A stretch of DNA of 52,056 nucleotides. Origin: an uncultured bacterium. Its GTDB lineage: Bacteria; Fidelibacterota; Marinisomatia; Marinisomatales; AB-629-J13. Shown piece after piece: positions 28,424-38,630 of this stretch. Location of the stretch: positions 1 through 52,056 of the forward strand of contig CAZFKU010000004.1 in NCBI GenBank assembly GCA_964518835.1, given 5' to 3'. Positions within the stretch are counted from its first letter, which is position 1. Every line of letters begins with the position of its first letter. The position numbers were made by a program, and so were the translations under genes. The notes under the pieces were generated by a model, which did not search any database, was not told where the DNA came from, and saw only the letters and a list, made by a program, of their open reading frames with translations.

Positions 28424-29542
28424 TTATTCCTTTTTTCGCTTTGAATTTCCTGAAGATTTTAACTCCTTTGCGGTATCATCTTTATCATCAATTGATTCAG
28501 CATTTTCTTCACTTTGGCTGTCCTCAGTTTTGGATGAGTCATTTTCCTCTGGACTATCATCATCCGTATCTTCAATAACATCATCTGTCACCTCTGCAGA
28601 ACCCTCTTTTTCAGAATCTCCTCCATCAGTTTCCTCACTTGAATCTTCATCATTCGAGGCACTCTCTTCCTCGGAATCATCACTCTCTATATTTTCGTCT
28701 TCATCTTGAGATTCACCTGAATCGGTTTCACTTTCATCTGTTTTCTCTTCATCTTCAGAATCTTCTGATGTTTCTTCAGCATTTTCTAATTCCTCTGTGT
28801 CGGTATCTACTTCCGCTGCCTCCTCCTCTACTTCCGTCTTATCTGAGTCCTCCTCATCTGAATCACTATCATCTATGGATTCAACATTTTCTTTTGATTC
28901 TTCTTCCGATTCCTCCTCTGATTCTTCTACAGTTTCGTCCTCATCAGAATCTTCTTCCATCATTCCATCATCCGTATCTGAGGAATCTTCAGATTCAGCT
29001 TCCACTTCTTCCTTGCTTTCCTCATCTTCAAATTCGGTCAATTCTTCAGTGATCTCTTCCGTCTTTTCTTCACTTTCCTCTTCTTGCAAATCGGTTTCCC
29101 CAGAGTCTGATTCTATGGTAACTTTTACTTCTTCATCTACTTCTTTCTCTTTTTCCGCTTCCTTCTTCTCCGCTTCTGCTTTTTCCAGCGATTTTTCCGT
29201 CCGTTTTTTCAAAGTCAATTCCCTGTCTAACCTCCATTTTTGCATATTTTTTTCTATTTCATCATCGCCTAATCCCAATTTCATTAGGTGCCATCGATGG
29301 GATAATCCTGTTTTTGTCATCATGTTCTTCACTACATCAGATGGTTGTGCTCCTTTAGATAGCCAATGTAAAATACGGTCTTCTTTCATGGTAAAATTCT
29401 TACCATTTTTTAAAATAGGATCATACCACCCCACTTCTTCAATGGCGGCACCGTCACGTCTTTTTCTTGAATCAATGACAATGATGCGGTAAAAAGGTCT
29501 GTTCCTTCGTCCTAATCGTTTTAATCGTATTCGAGTTGCCAA
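28424..29542 (-). CDS. rpsP: 30S ribosomal protein S16 with very long acidic C-terminal extension
   Basis: IRL.R.GR..RPFYRI...DSR.RRDG..IE..G.YDP, WL..GAQPSD.V; TTG start behind AAGGAG; open frame to 372 aa. Confidence 0.95.
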   Translation of the reverse strand: MATRIRLKRLGRRNRPFYRIIVIDSRKRRDGAAIEEVGWYDPILKNGKNFTMKEDRILHWLSKGAQPSDVVKNMMTKTGLSHRWHLMKLGLGDDEIEKNMQKWRLDRELTLKKRTEKSLEKAEAEKKEAEKEKEVDEEVKVTIESDSGETDLQEEESEEKTEEITEELTEFEDEESKEEVEAESEDSSDTDDGMMEEDSDEDETVEESEEESEEESKENVESIDDSDSDEEDSDKTEVEEEAAEVDTDTEELENAEETSEDSEDEEKTDESETDSGESQDEDENIESDDSEEESASNDEDSSEETDGGDSEKEGSAEVTDDVIEDTDDDSPEENDSSKTEDSQSEENAESIDDKDDTAKELKSSGNSKRKKE

Positions 29543-29552
29543 AATTGTCTCC

Positions 29553-30890
29553 TTAATGAACTGTCATAAAATGTGATCCGGATTTCCTCATCTGCGGAAA
29601 TGATTTTTTGCTCATCTGTTTCATCATTTTTTTTATTTGGAAAAATTCTTTTAATAATTTGTTTACTTCCTGTACGGATCTTCCGGAACCATTTGCAATC
29701 CGTTTTCTTCTGCTGCCGTTTATAATTTTTGGCTGGTTTCTCTCCTGAACAGTCATGGATTGAATGATTGCTTCCGTCCATACCAGTTGTTTATCATTCA
29801 TATTAATTTTTTTCATCATTTTTCTATTTACCCCCGGGAGCATACCAACAATTTGTTTCAGTGAACCCATTTTTTTAATTTGTCTAATCTGGGATATAAA
29901 ATCATTCAAATTAAACTCTTTTCCTGAAAATATCTTTTGAAATGCTTTCTCATCTTTATTTTCAATGGATTCCTGCGCTTTCTCAACCAGAGACACTACA
30001 TCTCCAAAACCCAAAATTCTGTCTGCAATCCTCTTGGGGTCAAAAACTTCCAATCCATCTATTTTTTCTGAGACCCCGAGAAATTTAATGGGCACTCCCG
30101 TAACTTCAGTCACCGAAACCGCTGCACCGCCCCGGCTGTCTCCTTCCATTTTTGTGAGGACAGTACCGGTAATTGAAATGGTTTCTGAAAATATCTTAGC
30201 CGAATTAACCGCATCCTGACCCGTCATTCCATCCACTACAAATAAGGTTTCATGTGGATTAATGTCGTCATGAATAGATTGTATTTCTTCCATCATTTCT
30301 CCATCCACATGTAATCGTCCTGCAGTGTCCAAAATTACATAATCAAGTCCGAGAGAATCTGCTTTATCAACTGCTTCCTGACAAATTACCACCGGATCAG
30401 ATTTTCCCTTTGAAAAAACGGGAATATCCACTTGTTGTCCCAAAGTCATCAGTTGATCGATTGCCGCAGGGCGATACACATCCGCTGCTGCCAATAGGCT
30501 TGTAAAACCCTTTTTTTTCAGGTGCATCGCTATTTTTACAGCAGTTGTAGTTTTTCCAGATCCCTGCAATCCCGCCAGTAATATTATTTTCGGTTTTCTA
30601 CGACCCGATACTAATGGTGAAACTTTTCCACCCAATAAAGACACCAATTCGTCATGAATAATTTTGATGAACTGCTCACCGGGTTTAATAGATTTAATTA
30701 CTTTTGTACCTTCGGCACGGGATTTCACCTTTTTAATAAATGATTTTACGATCCCGTAATTCACATCCGCTTCCAAAAGAATGATTCGTATGTCCCGAAC
30801 CGTGGATTGGATGTTAGTCTCCGTAATCTTTCCCAGTCCTCTTAAAGTCCGGAATACAGTGTCAAATTTTTCAGTGATTTTATCAAACAT
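29553..30890 (-). CDS. ffh: Signal recognition particle protein Ffh
   Basis: LLEADVN, GLQGSGKTT, DVYRPAA, DTAGR, M domain with SMT..ER..P.I...SR..RIA.GSG. Confidence 0.98.
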   Translation of the reverse strand: MFDKITEKFDTVFRTLRGLGKITETNIQSTVRDIRIILLEADVNYGIVKSFIKKVKSRAEGTKVIKSIKPGEQFIKIIHDELVSLLGGKVSPLVSGRRKPKIILLAGLQGSGKTTTAVKIAMHLKKKGFTSLLAAADVYRPAAIDQLMTLGQQVDIPVFSKGKSDPVVICQEAVDKADSLGLDYVILDTAGRLHVDGEMMEEIQSIHDDINPHETLFVVDGMTGQDAVNSAKIFSETISITGTVLTKMEGDSRGGAAVSVTEVTGVPIKFLGVSEKIDGLEVFDPKRIADRILGFGDVVSLVEKAQESIENKDEKAFQKIFSGKEFNLNDFISQIRQIKKMGSLKQIVGMLPGVNRKMMKKINMNDKQLVWTEAIIQSMTVQERNQPKIINGSRRKRIANGSGRSVQEVNKLLKEFFQIKKMMKQMSKKSFPQMRKSGSHFMTVH

Positions 30891-31188
30891 AAAATAATGA
30901 TTTGAGTTTAGCTTACAATTTTAATGTATTTTTTATATGTGTTAAAAGATTTTCCGTATATTAAATTATTAAAAATCTCAAAAATGTATCTTTAGAATTA
31001 TTTTGGAATTTTCATCTAATGTATTTTTTCAATTTGTAAACATTCATAATAAGATAAAGTAATGCTCCATAAAATTTAACTTTCAGGCTGATTCGATTTC
31101 CAAACCGGAATTATCCTTTTTCTACCCTATCCAGAAATCATTTACATATTTCATGTTGAGATAATCAGTTTAAATTCTCCCTTGAAAA

Positions 31189-32019
31189 ATGCCCGAATTC
31201 CATAAAATACTAAAAGACACACGTATCCAACGGGGTATCGAATTAGAAGAAATTCAAACCCGGACAAAAATTAATATAAAATTTCTTAAAGCTATCGAAA
31301 ATGGCGAGTATGACCTTCTTCCTGAACCATATATCAGATTATTTTTAAGAGCATATAGTACCGAAATTGGTTTGGACCCGAAAAAAATTTTAGATGAGTT
31401 TGAACAATTTATTGACGGGAAAACTTCAAAAAGTAAAGGAGTAAAAAGAAATAAAAAGCCTGTAAAAAGACAACCACTAAAGGAAATCAAAACAGAAAAA
31501 GAGATTATTTATCCAAAAAAATCCCCTAAAATAAATCGGGATAAAGTTATTAAGAGTCTCATTCTGCTTGCATGCTGGATTTTTGGATTAATTATTATCC
31601 ACAAAATTACCAATCCAGCTCATAAGCCCACTCCCACCGTTGTTAAGCAAGATGCATCAAATTTTATAACCAATCTTAATACCAATTATCATGAAACTTA
31701 CAAGGAAGAACAGCAACTTGAATTTTCACCACCCTATTCTTTATCAATCAAAACCGTGAGTCAGTTAACTATTTTAGTTCCATCGGATACAAGTGGTTAT
31801 ACTCAGGTTTTGTTAAAAACCGGTGAACATAAATCTTTCTATACAGACAGCACATTATCACTCATACTTGAACATACTCAAAATGTCACTCTTACCATCA
31901 ATGGGGAATCAGAAACATTATCCATTGAAAAATTCCAAGAATCTCCTGATCCCGTAAAAATCGAAATAACTGCTGACCCTCCTGCCTATTCCGTCAGGCA
32001 ATATACTCAAAAACAGTAA
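31189..32019 (+). CDS. rodZ: RodZ-like protein (HTH + TM + periplasmic domain)
   Basis: LK..R...G..LEEI...TKI....L.AIE.G.Y..LP..Y.R.FLR.Y...GLD HTH; basic linker, one TM helix, C-terminal beta domain. Confidence 0.7.
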   Translation: MPEFHKILKDTRIQRGIELEEIQTRTKINIKFLKAIENGEYDLLPEPYIRLFLRAYSTEIGLDPKKILDEFEQFIDGKTSKSKGVKRNKKPVKRQPLKEIKTEKEIIYPKKSPKINRDKVIKSLILLACWIFGLIIIHKITNPAHKPTPTVVKQDASNFITNLNTNYHETYKEEQQLEFSPPYSLSIKTVSQLTILVPSDTSGYTQVLLKTGEHKSFYTDSTLSLILEHTQNVTLTINGESETLSIEKFQESPDPVKIEITADPPAYSVRQYTQKQ

Positions 32020-32045
32020 AACTTCCTCTCTTAATCCGATGGTTT

Positions 32046-32081
32046 AAAAAGGGTTGAATCGTGTAATTCAATCCTTTTTTT
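32046..32081. terminator. Rho-independent terminator between the rodZ-like gene and mraZ (possibly bidirectional)
   Basis: AAAAA-GGGTTGAAT-CGTGTA-ATTCAATCC-TTTTTTT. Confidence 0.8.
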
Positions 32082-32133
32082 GATCTATCTTCTGCTTATT
32101 ACTAATTATTATTAAATAATTTTAAAAAATATT

Positions 32134-32183
32134 TTGACTTGAGTGGGTAATATTATTAGACTTGTGGGTAATAGTGGGTAGTT
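32134..32183 (+). promoter_or_regulatory. dcw promoter with three MraZ-binding boxes
   Basis: TTGACT (32134)-17 nt-TAGACT (32157); GTGGGTA repeats at 32143, 32164 and 32174, matching the known GTGG/TGGG MraZ repeats. Confidence 0.85.
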
Positions 32184-32203
32184 ATCCCTTTCTTTAGTTC
32201 AAT

Positions 32204-32665
32204 ATGTCGCATAGTCCAAATACATTTACAGGAGAATATTCCTACACTGTGGATCCCAAAAGCAGGGTCAACATACCGGCAAAATTTCGTCAAGCACTTT
32301 CTCCGGAAAATGATAATTCTTTTGCAATAACCAAGGGGATGGATCAGTGTATATGGGTTTACCCGCTGGTAGAATGGAATAAAGTTCTTTCGAAACTCAA
32401 AGAACAGTCTTCCTCCCAGGTTAAACGTGCATTTACCAGAGAATATTCCCGATTTTCCACGACAGTAACGTATGACAAACAGGGACGTATTCTTCTATCA
32501 ACTGAATTAATGAATTATGCTGAAATTAATCGGCAGGTAACCATAATCGGGATGATAAATAAAATTGAAATTTGGAATCCTGATTTACTTAATAATTTTG
32601 ATAAACAAGTATCATCCCAGAATAACGAAGCATTTAATGAATTGGCTGAAAAGATCATCCTGTAA
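32204..32665 (+). CDS. mraZ: Division/cell-wall cluster repressor MraZ
   Basis: FTGEY...VDPK.RV.IPAKFR, DKQGRILL, IEIW. Confidence 0.95.
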   Translation: MSHSPNTFTGEYSYTVDPKSRVNIPAKFRQALSPENDNSFAITKGMDQCIWVYPLVEWNKVLSKLKEQSSSQVKRAFTREYSRFSTTVTYDKQGRILLSTELMNYAEINRQVTIIGMINKIEIWNPDLLNNFDKQVSSQNNEAFNELAEKIIL

Positions 32666-33543
32666 TGCAATCTTCACTTCATCATATACCCGTTATGGTG
32701 AAGGAAGTCCTGTTTTATCTGGATATAAAACCTCATCTCACTTATGTGGATGGGACTGTGGGCCAGGGAGGACACACCGGGAAAATTCTTTCTCATTTAT
32801 CTTTAAAAGGAAATTTAATAGGAGTTGACCGGGACAATGAAGTATTGGAAATTTGTCAGCAGAAATTCTCTGCTTCTAATACTCAACTGTCTCTTTACCA
32901 TAATTCATACCATCACCTTCCTGAAATCCTGCAAGAGGAAGGGATACAATCCGTGGAGGGAATATTGCTTGATTTAGGCTTGTCCACGTTTCAATTAGAC
33001 TCCGAAAACCGCGGATTTTCTTATTCTCAAGATTCCCGGTTAGACATGCGGTTTGACCAAGCCAGTGGAAAACCTGCTGTTGATTTTCTCAAAAAATTAA
33101 CACGGACAGAACTGGAAACTATTTTGAAAGAATTCGGTGAAGAGCGCTTCTCAAGGAAAATCGCCTATCATATTCATCAGTCTCCAGAACTGAAAACAAC
33201 ATCTGATTTGAAAAATATTATAAAAAAGTCAACACCTCCGGCACACCGTATAAAATCTTTCTCCAGAGTGTTTCAAGCCATTCGCATCGCTGTTAATGGA
33301 GAATTAGAGATTTTGAAAAAATTTTTAGACTCATTCATTGATTACCTGTCCATTGGCGGGAAAATTGTCATTATCAGCTACCATTCCCTGGAAGACCGCC
33401 TGGTAAAACAGGCATTTAAAAGACTAAAACAAACGGGAGCGGTCGCCATCCTCACAAAAAAACCGGTAACACCTTCTCAGGAGGAAATCAGTAAAAACAG
33501 TCGCTCCAGAAGTGCAAAACTTCGGGCGGCAGAAAGGATTTAA
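32665..33543 (+). CDS. rsmH: 16S rRNA m4C1402 methyltransferase
   Basis: HIPVM..EV, DGT.G.GGH, DLGLS..QLD...RGFS, LDMR, FQAIRIAVN.E, SYHSLEDR.VK, RSAKLR. Confidence 0.97.
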   Translation: MQSSLHHIPVMVKEVLFYLDIKPHLTYVDGTVGQGGHTGKILSHLSLKGNLIGVDRDNEVLEICQQKFSASNTQLSLYHNSYHHLPEILQEEGIQSVEGILLDLGLSTFQLDSENRGFSYSQDSRLDMRFDQASGKPAVDFLKKLTRTELETILKEFGEERFSRKIAYHIHQSPELKTTSDLKNIIKKSTPPAHRIKSFSRVFQAIRIAVNGELEILKKFLDSFIDYLSIGGKIVIISYHSLEDRLVKQAFKRLKQTGAVAILTKKPVTPSQEEISKNSRSRSAKLRAAERI

Positions 33544-33549
33544 ATAAAA

Positions 33550-33876
33550 ATGCCAAAGAAACAACGTCGTTCTAAAAAAGTACAAAATATAATTGATACA
33601 TTGATTTTTTATCTCATTACATGTTTATCCATCGGAGGGTTGGTTTTATACCTCTGGGTGTATACCGAAATTGATGATTCATTATATGCTTTAGATATCC
33701 AAAAGGAAACAGTTGAAGAATTAATAAATGATATTCATCTCTTGCAAAGTGAAATTGATGCTTTATCAAAACCGGATGTAATCGCAAGGAAAGCAAAAAT
33801 GAAATGGGGGATGGTATTTGCAAAGCCGGAGTCAATTTCCATATACATTAATGCAGATGAGTTGAGCAGTTTGTGA
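33550..33876 (+). CDS. ftsL: Cell division protein FtsL-like
   Basis: Basic N-tail, one TM helix, coiled coil, LS.P..I...A....GM; lies between rsmH and ftsI. Confidence 0.8.
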   Translation: MPKKQRRSKKVQNIIDTLIFYLITCLSIGGLVLYLWVYTEIDDSLYALDIQKETVEELINDIHLLQSEIDALSKPDVIARKAKMKWGMVFAKPESISIYINADELSSL

Positions 33877-35846
33877 CAAAATCTTTTTTAAGATATCGGA
33901 CAAGAGTAACGGTACTCTCTTGTTTTGTGATCCTTGGATGGTGCGTCCTCAGTGCGAGGTTGTTTCAGATTCAAATTCTTGAAAATAAAAATTATATTGG
34001 TAAAGGGTTCCAGCAGGGGCAACACAGAGAAAGCCTGGAAGCATCCCGTGGAAATATCTATGATCGAAATAACGTCCTTTTAACCCGAAATATTTCTCAT
34101 ATTACTCTATGCGGAAATCCGTCTGATATTATTGAAAAGCAAACTGTGGCTCAACTATTAAGTCAATGTACGGAAAAACCCCATGAATTTTATTTAAATA
34201 AATTAACCTCACGGGATTCCTTTATATTTCTGGAAAGGAATATCCTTGAATCAGAATGTGATGGTATATCAAAAATAGAAGATTACGGGGTGATTATTAA
34301 AAAAAATTATTTTCGATATTATCCATTTGGTTCTTCAGGAAGCCAAGTGATAGGATTCACAGACCCCGATAACCGTGGGTTAAGCGGAATTGAAAAACAA
34401 TTCGACCCTGTCTTGACCGGTACACCTGGATGGATCTTAAAAAAACGGTCAGGCACTGGAAAAAGCAAACCCGACAACAGTTATCCATTTGTTGATCCAC
34501 TGAATGGTTCCAATATTCAATTGACACTGGATATTGAATACCAATGCATATTGGAAGATGAATTAACAAAACAATTGAATGATACCAATGCAAAAGGAGC
34601 CACCGGTGTCCTCATGAATCCTGAAACAGGTGAAGTACTGGCAATGGCTTCTATTCCCTGTTTTGATCCGAATCACACCGGTGATTATCCTTTGGAATAC
34701 CAGAAAATAAAAGCAATAACCGACCAATTTGAACCGGGTTCCACCTTTAAAATTGTTTCAGCAACTGCTGCTTTGGATAGAAATATGGTGAGTGTTGATG
34801 ACGAATTCTTCTGTGAAAACGGAAGTTTTTTTTACAATGGTGTTAAAATTCGAGATCATGAAAAATACGGTTTGTTAACATTTTCCCAAGTTATCGAACA
34901 GTCAAGCAATGTGGGAATAATAAAAATAACGGAACTCCTTCAGGTTCAACCCTTTTACCAATATATTAAAAAATTTGGATTTGGGATTGCAACTGACATC
35001 AATTTACCGGGTGAATCCAAGGGATTCATCCGTGAACCGCAAAACTGGAGCAAAATTTCTCCTGGTGTAATCTCCATGGGTCAGGAAATCAGTGTAACCG
35101 CTTTACAATTGGCATCGGCGTATTCTGCAATTGCAAATGGAGGATATTTGCTCAGACCCGAAATTGTGAGACAGATCATGAGTCATGATGGACAAATCAA
35201 TAAAATTAACAATTCCAAAGTCCTGCGCAGGGTAGCCACTATAGAAACAATGGAAACTTTAAAAAAAATATTAGTAAAAACAATTAAAATGGGGACTGGT
35301 TCATCCGCCGCAATCCCGGGCTGGAATTTAGCAGGAAAAACGGGGACAGCTGAGAAATTCATTAATGGTTCTTATTCAGAAACTAAATTTATTTCAAATT
35401 TTGTAGGGTTTTTCCCTGCAGACAAACCAAAACTTTTGGGAGTCATTATCATAGATGAGCCAAAATTCGGTAATCATTGGGGCAGTATGGGAGCGGCACC
35501 CGTTTTTCAAAAAGTTGCCAAAAGAATAATCAACATGGATGACTCATTCCAACCTGAAAATGAACCGGAAGAACACATCCATAACAACAAATTATGGGCT
35601 TCAAACAAAAATGGCTTTTCAGAAAATTCCAATAATCCGATTCTTTTCAATCATCCTGTAAAAGTTGAAAATAAGGAATGTACGGTACCGGACGTTCGGC
35701 AAATGAGCTTACGCAAAGCAGGTAGAAAATTAAAAGAAAGCGGATTTACCTATTCGGTTCATGGTTCAGGAATCGTGAGTTGGCAGTCCCCGAAACCCAA
35801 TGAAATTAAATCCTGTGGTTCAACCTGTGTCATTGGACTCAAATAA
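33873..35846 (+). CDS. ftsI: Class B PBP (FtsI/PBP3) with C-terminal PASTA domain
   Basis: RG.IYDRN, EPGSTFK (SxxK), SSN, KTGTA; terminal VPDV..MSLR.A PASTA repeat. Confidence 0.95.
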   Translation: MTKSFLRYRTRVTVLSCFVILGWCVLSARLFQIQILENKNYIGKGFQQGQHRESLEASRGNIYDRNNVLLTRNISHITLCGNPSDIIEKQTVAQLLSQCTEKPHEFYLNKLTSRDSFIFLERNILESECDGISKIEDYGVIIKKNYFRYYPFGSSGSQVIGFTDPDNRGLSGIEKQFDPVLTGTPGWILKKRSGTGKSKPDNSYPFVDPLNGSNIQLTLDIEYQCILEDELTKQLNDTNAKGATGVLMNPETGEVLAMASIPCFDPNHTGDYPLEYQKIKAITDQFEPGSTFKIVSATAALDRNMVSVDDEFFCENGSFFYNGVKIRDHEKYGLLTFSQVIEQSSNVGIIKITELLQVQPFYQYIKKFGFGIATDINLPGESKGFIREPQNWSKISPGVISMGQEISVTALQLASAYSAIANGGYLLRPEIVRQIMSHDGQINKINNSKVLRRVATIETMETLKKILVKTIKMGTGSSAAIPGWNLAGKTGTAEKFINGSYSETKFISNFVGFFPADKPKLLGVIIIDEPKFGNHWGSMGAAPVFQKVAKRIINMDDSFQPENEPEEHIHNNKLWASNKNGFSENSNNPILFNHPVKVENKECTVPDVRQMSLRKAGRKLKESGFTYSVHGSGIVSWQSPKPNEIKSCGSTCVIGLK

Positions 35847-35847
35847 A

Positions 35848-37293
35848 ATGCATAAACAATTGACAGAACTGGTAAAAAATATTAATCCACTTAATTTAGT
35901 GACTGATGACATCCAAATCAGCAGGTTGTGTACTAATTCTAAACAAGTATTAGAGGGAGATTTGTTCATTGCAATTCCGGGGAATTCTGTTGATGGACAT
36001 CAATTTGTTCAAGAAGCAATTGATAATGGTGCCGGAGCTTTACTGATCAACGGAAGAGATGTTGGATCTGTTTCTATTCCACTTATATCTGTTGCGAATC
36101 CTCGCAGAGCATTGTCAAAACTGGCAGCGGAATTTTATGACAACCCATCCAGAAAGATAAAAATTACGGGAATAACAGGGACGAATGGAAAAACATCCAC
36201 GGCATATTTGCTGAATTCAATATTAAAAGCAGACGGAAAGAATTCAGCAATTTTGGGCACACTGGGATTAAAAACAAAAAACTATGAAGAGAAAAAATCT
36301 CTCACAACCATGGATCCTGTCAATCTTCATAAAACGATTAACCATTTAGTTGAAGAAAATATAACTCATTTAATTATGGAAGTGTCCTCCCACGCCATTG
36401 ATCAATTTCGTGTATCTGATGTTGATTTTAATTATGCTGTTTTTACCAATTTATCTCAGGATCATTTGGATTATCATCATACCATGGAAGATTACTTTCA
36501 GGCAAAAGCAAAATTATTCAAAACACTGCCTCTGGATGCAACAGCGGTGATTAATACGGATTGTAAATATGGTAAATTATTAAAAAATTTATGTCCTGTT
36601 CCTTTTTTATCTACCTCTGCAAATTCTAAGGATATGATCCAATTTTCCGAAGCAAAATCCACTCTTGATGGGATAACGGGAAAAATAACAGCAGGAAATC
36701 ATAAGTACAAAATTCAATCACCCCTCATTGGACATTTTAATAAAGAAAATATCTTAATGGCTGTAGCTGCTGCTCATAGTATGGGTATTCCACCTAAATC
36801 AATTGAAAATGGAATTAAGAACTGTACTCATATTCCCGGAAGAATGGAGTACTTTAAAACATCAAAAGGCGGGACGATTATCGTTGATTATGCCCATACA
36901 CCGGATGCTTATGAAAAAGTTCTCTCCACGTTAAAATCATTTATTAAAGGAAAAATTCAAACGGTTTTCGGAGCAGGAGGAAACCGGGATAAAAGCAAGC
37001 GAGCCATTTTGGCTTCAATTGCGGAGAAATATTCAAATCACTGCCATATAACCCCGGATAACCCCCGAGATGAAGATCCAAACAGCATATCTGCTGAAAT
37101 CATTTCCGGATTTTCAACCAATTGCTTCACAATTTATCCGGACAGAAAATCCGGGTTAATCTGTGCACTTGAAACCTTGAAGCCCGGGGATGCAATAGTC
37201 GTATTTGGGAAAGGACGTGAGAATTTTCAGGATATAAAAGGTGAGCGGATGCCTTATTCCGATGTGGATACAGTAATGGAGTTTATTTCATGA
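35848..37293 (+). CDS. murE: UDP-MurNAc-tripeptide synthetase (meso-DAP type)
   Basis: [44 protein letters not shown] specificity motif; start moved to ATG 35848. Confidence 0.96.
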   Translation: MHKQLTELVKNINPLNLVTDDIQISRLCTNSKQVLEGDLFIAIPGNSVDGHQFVQEAIDNGAGALLINGRDVGSVSIPLISVANPRRALSKLAAEFYDNPSRKIKITGITGTNGKTSTAYLLNSILKADGKNSAILGTLGLKTKNYEEKKSLTTMDPVNLHKTINHLVEENITHLIMEVSSHAIDQFRVSDVDFNYAVFTNLSQDHLDYHHTMEDYFQAKAKLFKTLPLDATAVINTDCKYGKLLKNLCPVPFLSTSANSKDMIQFSEAKSTLDGITGKITAGNHKYKIQSPLIGHFNKENILMAVAAAHSMGIPPKSIENGIKNCTHIPGRMEYFKTSKGGTIIVDYAHTPDAYEKVLSTLKSFIKGKIQTVFGAGGNRDKSKRAILASIAEKYSNHCHITPDNPRDEDPNSISAEIISGFSTNCFTIYPDRKSGLICALETLKPGDAIVVFGKGRENFQDIKGERMPYSDVDTVMEFIS

Positions 37294-38630
37294 GAGTTTC
37301 CTTGCCTGATCCCAAGGAATTTTCAGAATGTTTTACAGAAATTACCGGTGAAAAACTGAATTCCGATGTTACAGGAATTACAATAGACAGCAGGGATGTG
37401 AAACCGGGGGATCTTTACATAGCATTGTCCGGTCGGCGGACGGACGGACACAAATTTGTTCCAGCAGTCGAATTGGAAGGATGTAGTGCAGCTTTGGTGT
37501 CTGCATTCAGTGAGGATTGTAAATCAATTCAGCAAATTAAAGTTGGTCATCCTTTAAAAACTATTGGGCAAATTGCCCGATTATGGAGGGAAAACCTCGG
37601 AATCCCTGTATTGGGTATCACAGGAACAAATGGTAAAACATCTACAAAAGAATTAATAAAGCATATCCTGAGTGCAAATATGACCGTCCATGCAACGGAA
37701 GGGAATTACAATACATCCATTGGGGTTCCCCTCACTGTGTTAACCATGTCCTCAACACACGAAATATCCATTTTGGAATTGGGTGCAAATCAATCAGGAG
37801 ATATTCGGTACCTGTGTGACGTCACAAAACCGAATCACGGCCTCATAACCAACATAGCACCTGCACATTTGGAAGGATTTGGTTCTGTGGAGGAAATCGC
37901 AAAGGAAAAAGGTGAATTATTTCTCTCACTGACAAACGGATCTGCTTTTGTTAATTATGCAGATGAAAATGTGTGTACTCTCCCCTGTTCCGCTACAAAA
38001 ATATCCTATGGGTTAACACCAAATTGTGATTTTCCTGCAGATATCATCTCTGAAGATGACGGCAGACTGACTTTAATTATTGATTCAGAAGAAATACCAA
38101 CAGATTCCCGAAATTTTACGTTCCTGAAAAATGTGATTGCAGCTGCATCGGTATCCGTAACTCTTGGAGTGGAATGGGATGATTTTAGGGAAAGAATATC
38201 AACATTCGATCCACCGAAAGGAAGATGTCAGGTAAAACAATTCAATTCTGTTACTGTCATTGATGACACCTACAATGCAAACCTTGAATCAACCATTGCT
38301 GCAATTGATTATTTACAGGCTTTCGGTGGAAATGGAAGAAGGATTTTCATTTTCGGCGATATGTTTGAACTAGGGAAGGATGCAGAATTACACCACCGGA
38401 AAATTGGAAAAAAATGTAAACAGAATCAATTGGACGCTGTGTATCTGCTGGGAGAAAAAACATTGTTTACCGATATGGAATTGAATTCATCCATTACTCA
38501 TCGCCATTATGTATCCAAAAATGAATTGATCTCCTCATTGAAAGAATCATTCAAAGATGGCGATAAAATTTTAATAAAAGGATCCAGGGGAATGGCAATG
38601 GAAACAGTGATACAGGGGATCTTTGACTGA
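37290..38630 (+). CDS. murF: UDP-MurNAc-pentapeptide synthetase
   Basis: [46 protein letters not shown]. Confidence 0.96.
   Translation: MRVSLPDPKEFSECFTEITGEKLNSDVTGITIDSRDVKPGDLYIALSGRRTDGHKFVPAVELEGCSAALVSAFSEDCKSIQQIKVGHPLKTIGQIARLWRENLGIPVLGITGTNGKTSTKELIKHILSANMTVHATEGNYNTSIGVPLTVLTMSSTHEISILELGANQSGDIRYLCDVTKPNHGLITNIAPAHLEGFGSVEEIAKEKGELFLSLTNGSAFVNYADENVCTLPCSATKISYGLTPNCDFPADIISEDDGRLTLIIDSEEIPTDSRNFTFLKNVIAAASVSVTLGVEWDDFRERISTFDPPKGRCQVKQFNSVTVIDDTYNANLESTIAAIDYLQAFGGNGRRIFIFGDMFELGKDAELHHRKIGKKCKQNQLDAVYLLGEKTLFTDMELNSSITHRHYVSKNELISSLKESFKDGDKILIKGSRGMAMETVIQGIFD

Noticed and set aside
28639-29492. Long plus-strand ORFs (137 aa and 231 aa, the latter Ser-rich)
   Set aside because: They are antisense shadows of the GAA/GAT-rich S16 tail, which lacks stop codons on the opposite strand.
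30891-31188. Possible oriC or SRP RNA at the strand switch
   Set aside because: I found no TTATCCACA-type DnaA box cluster and no GC-rich SRP hairpin; it reads as a divergent promoter region.
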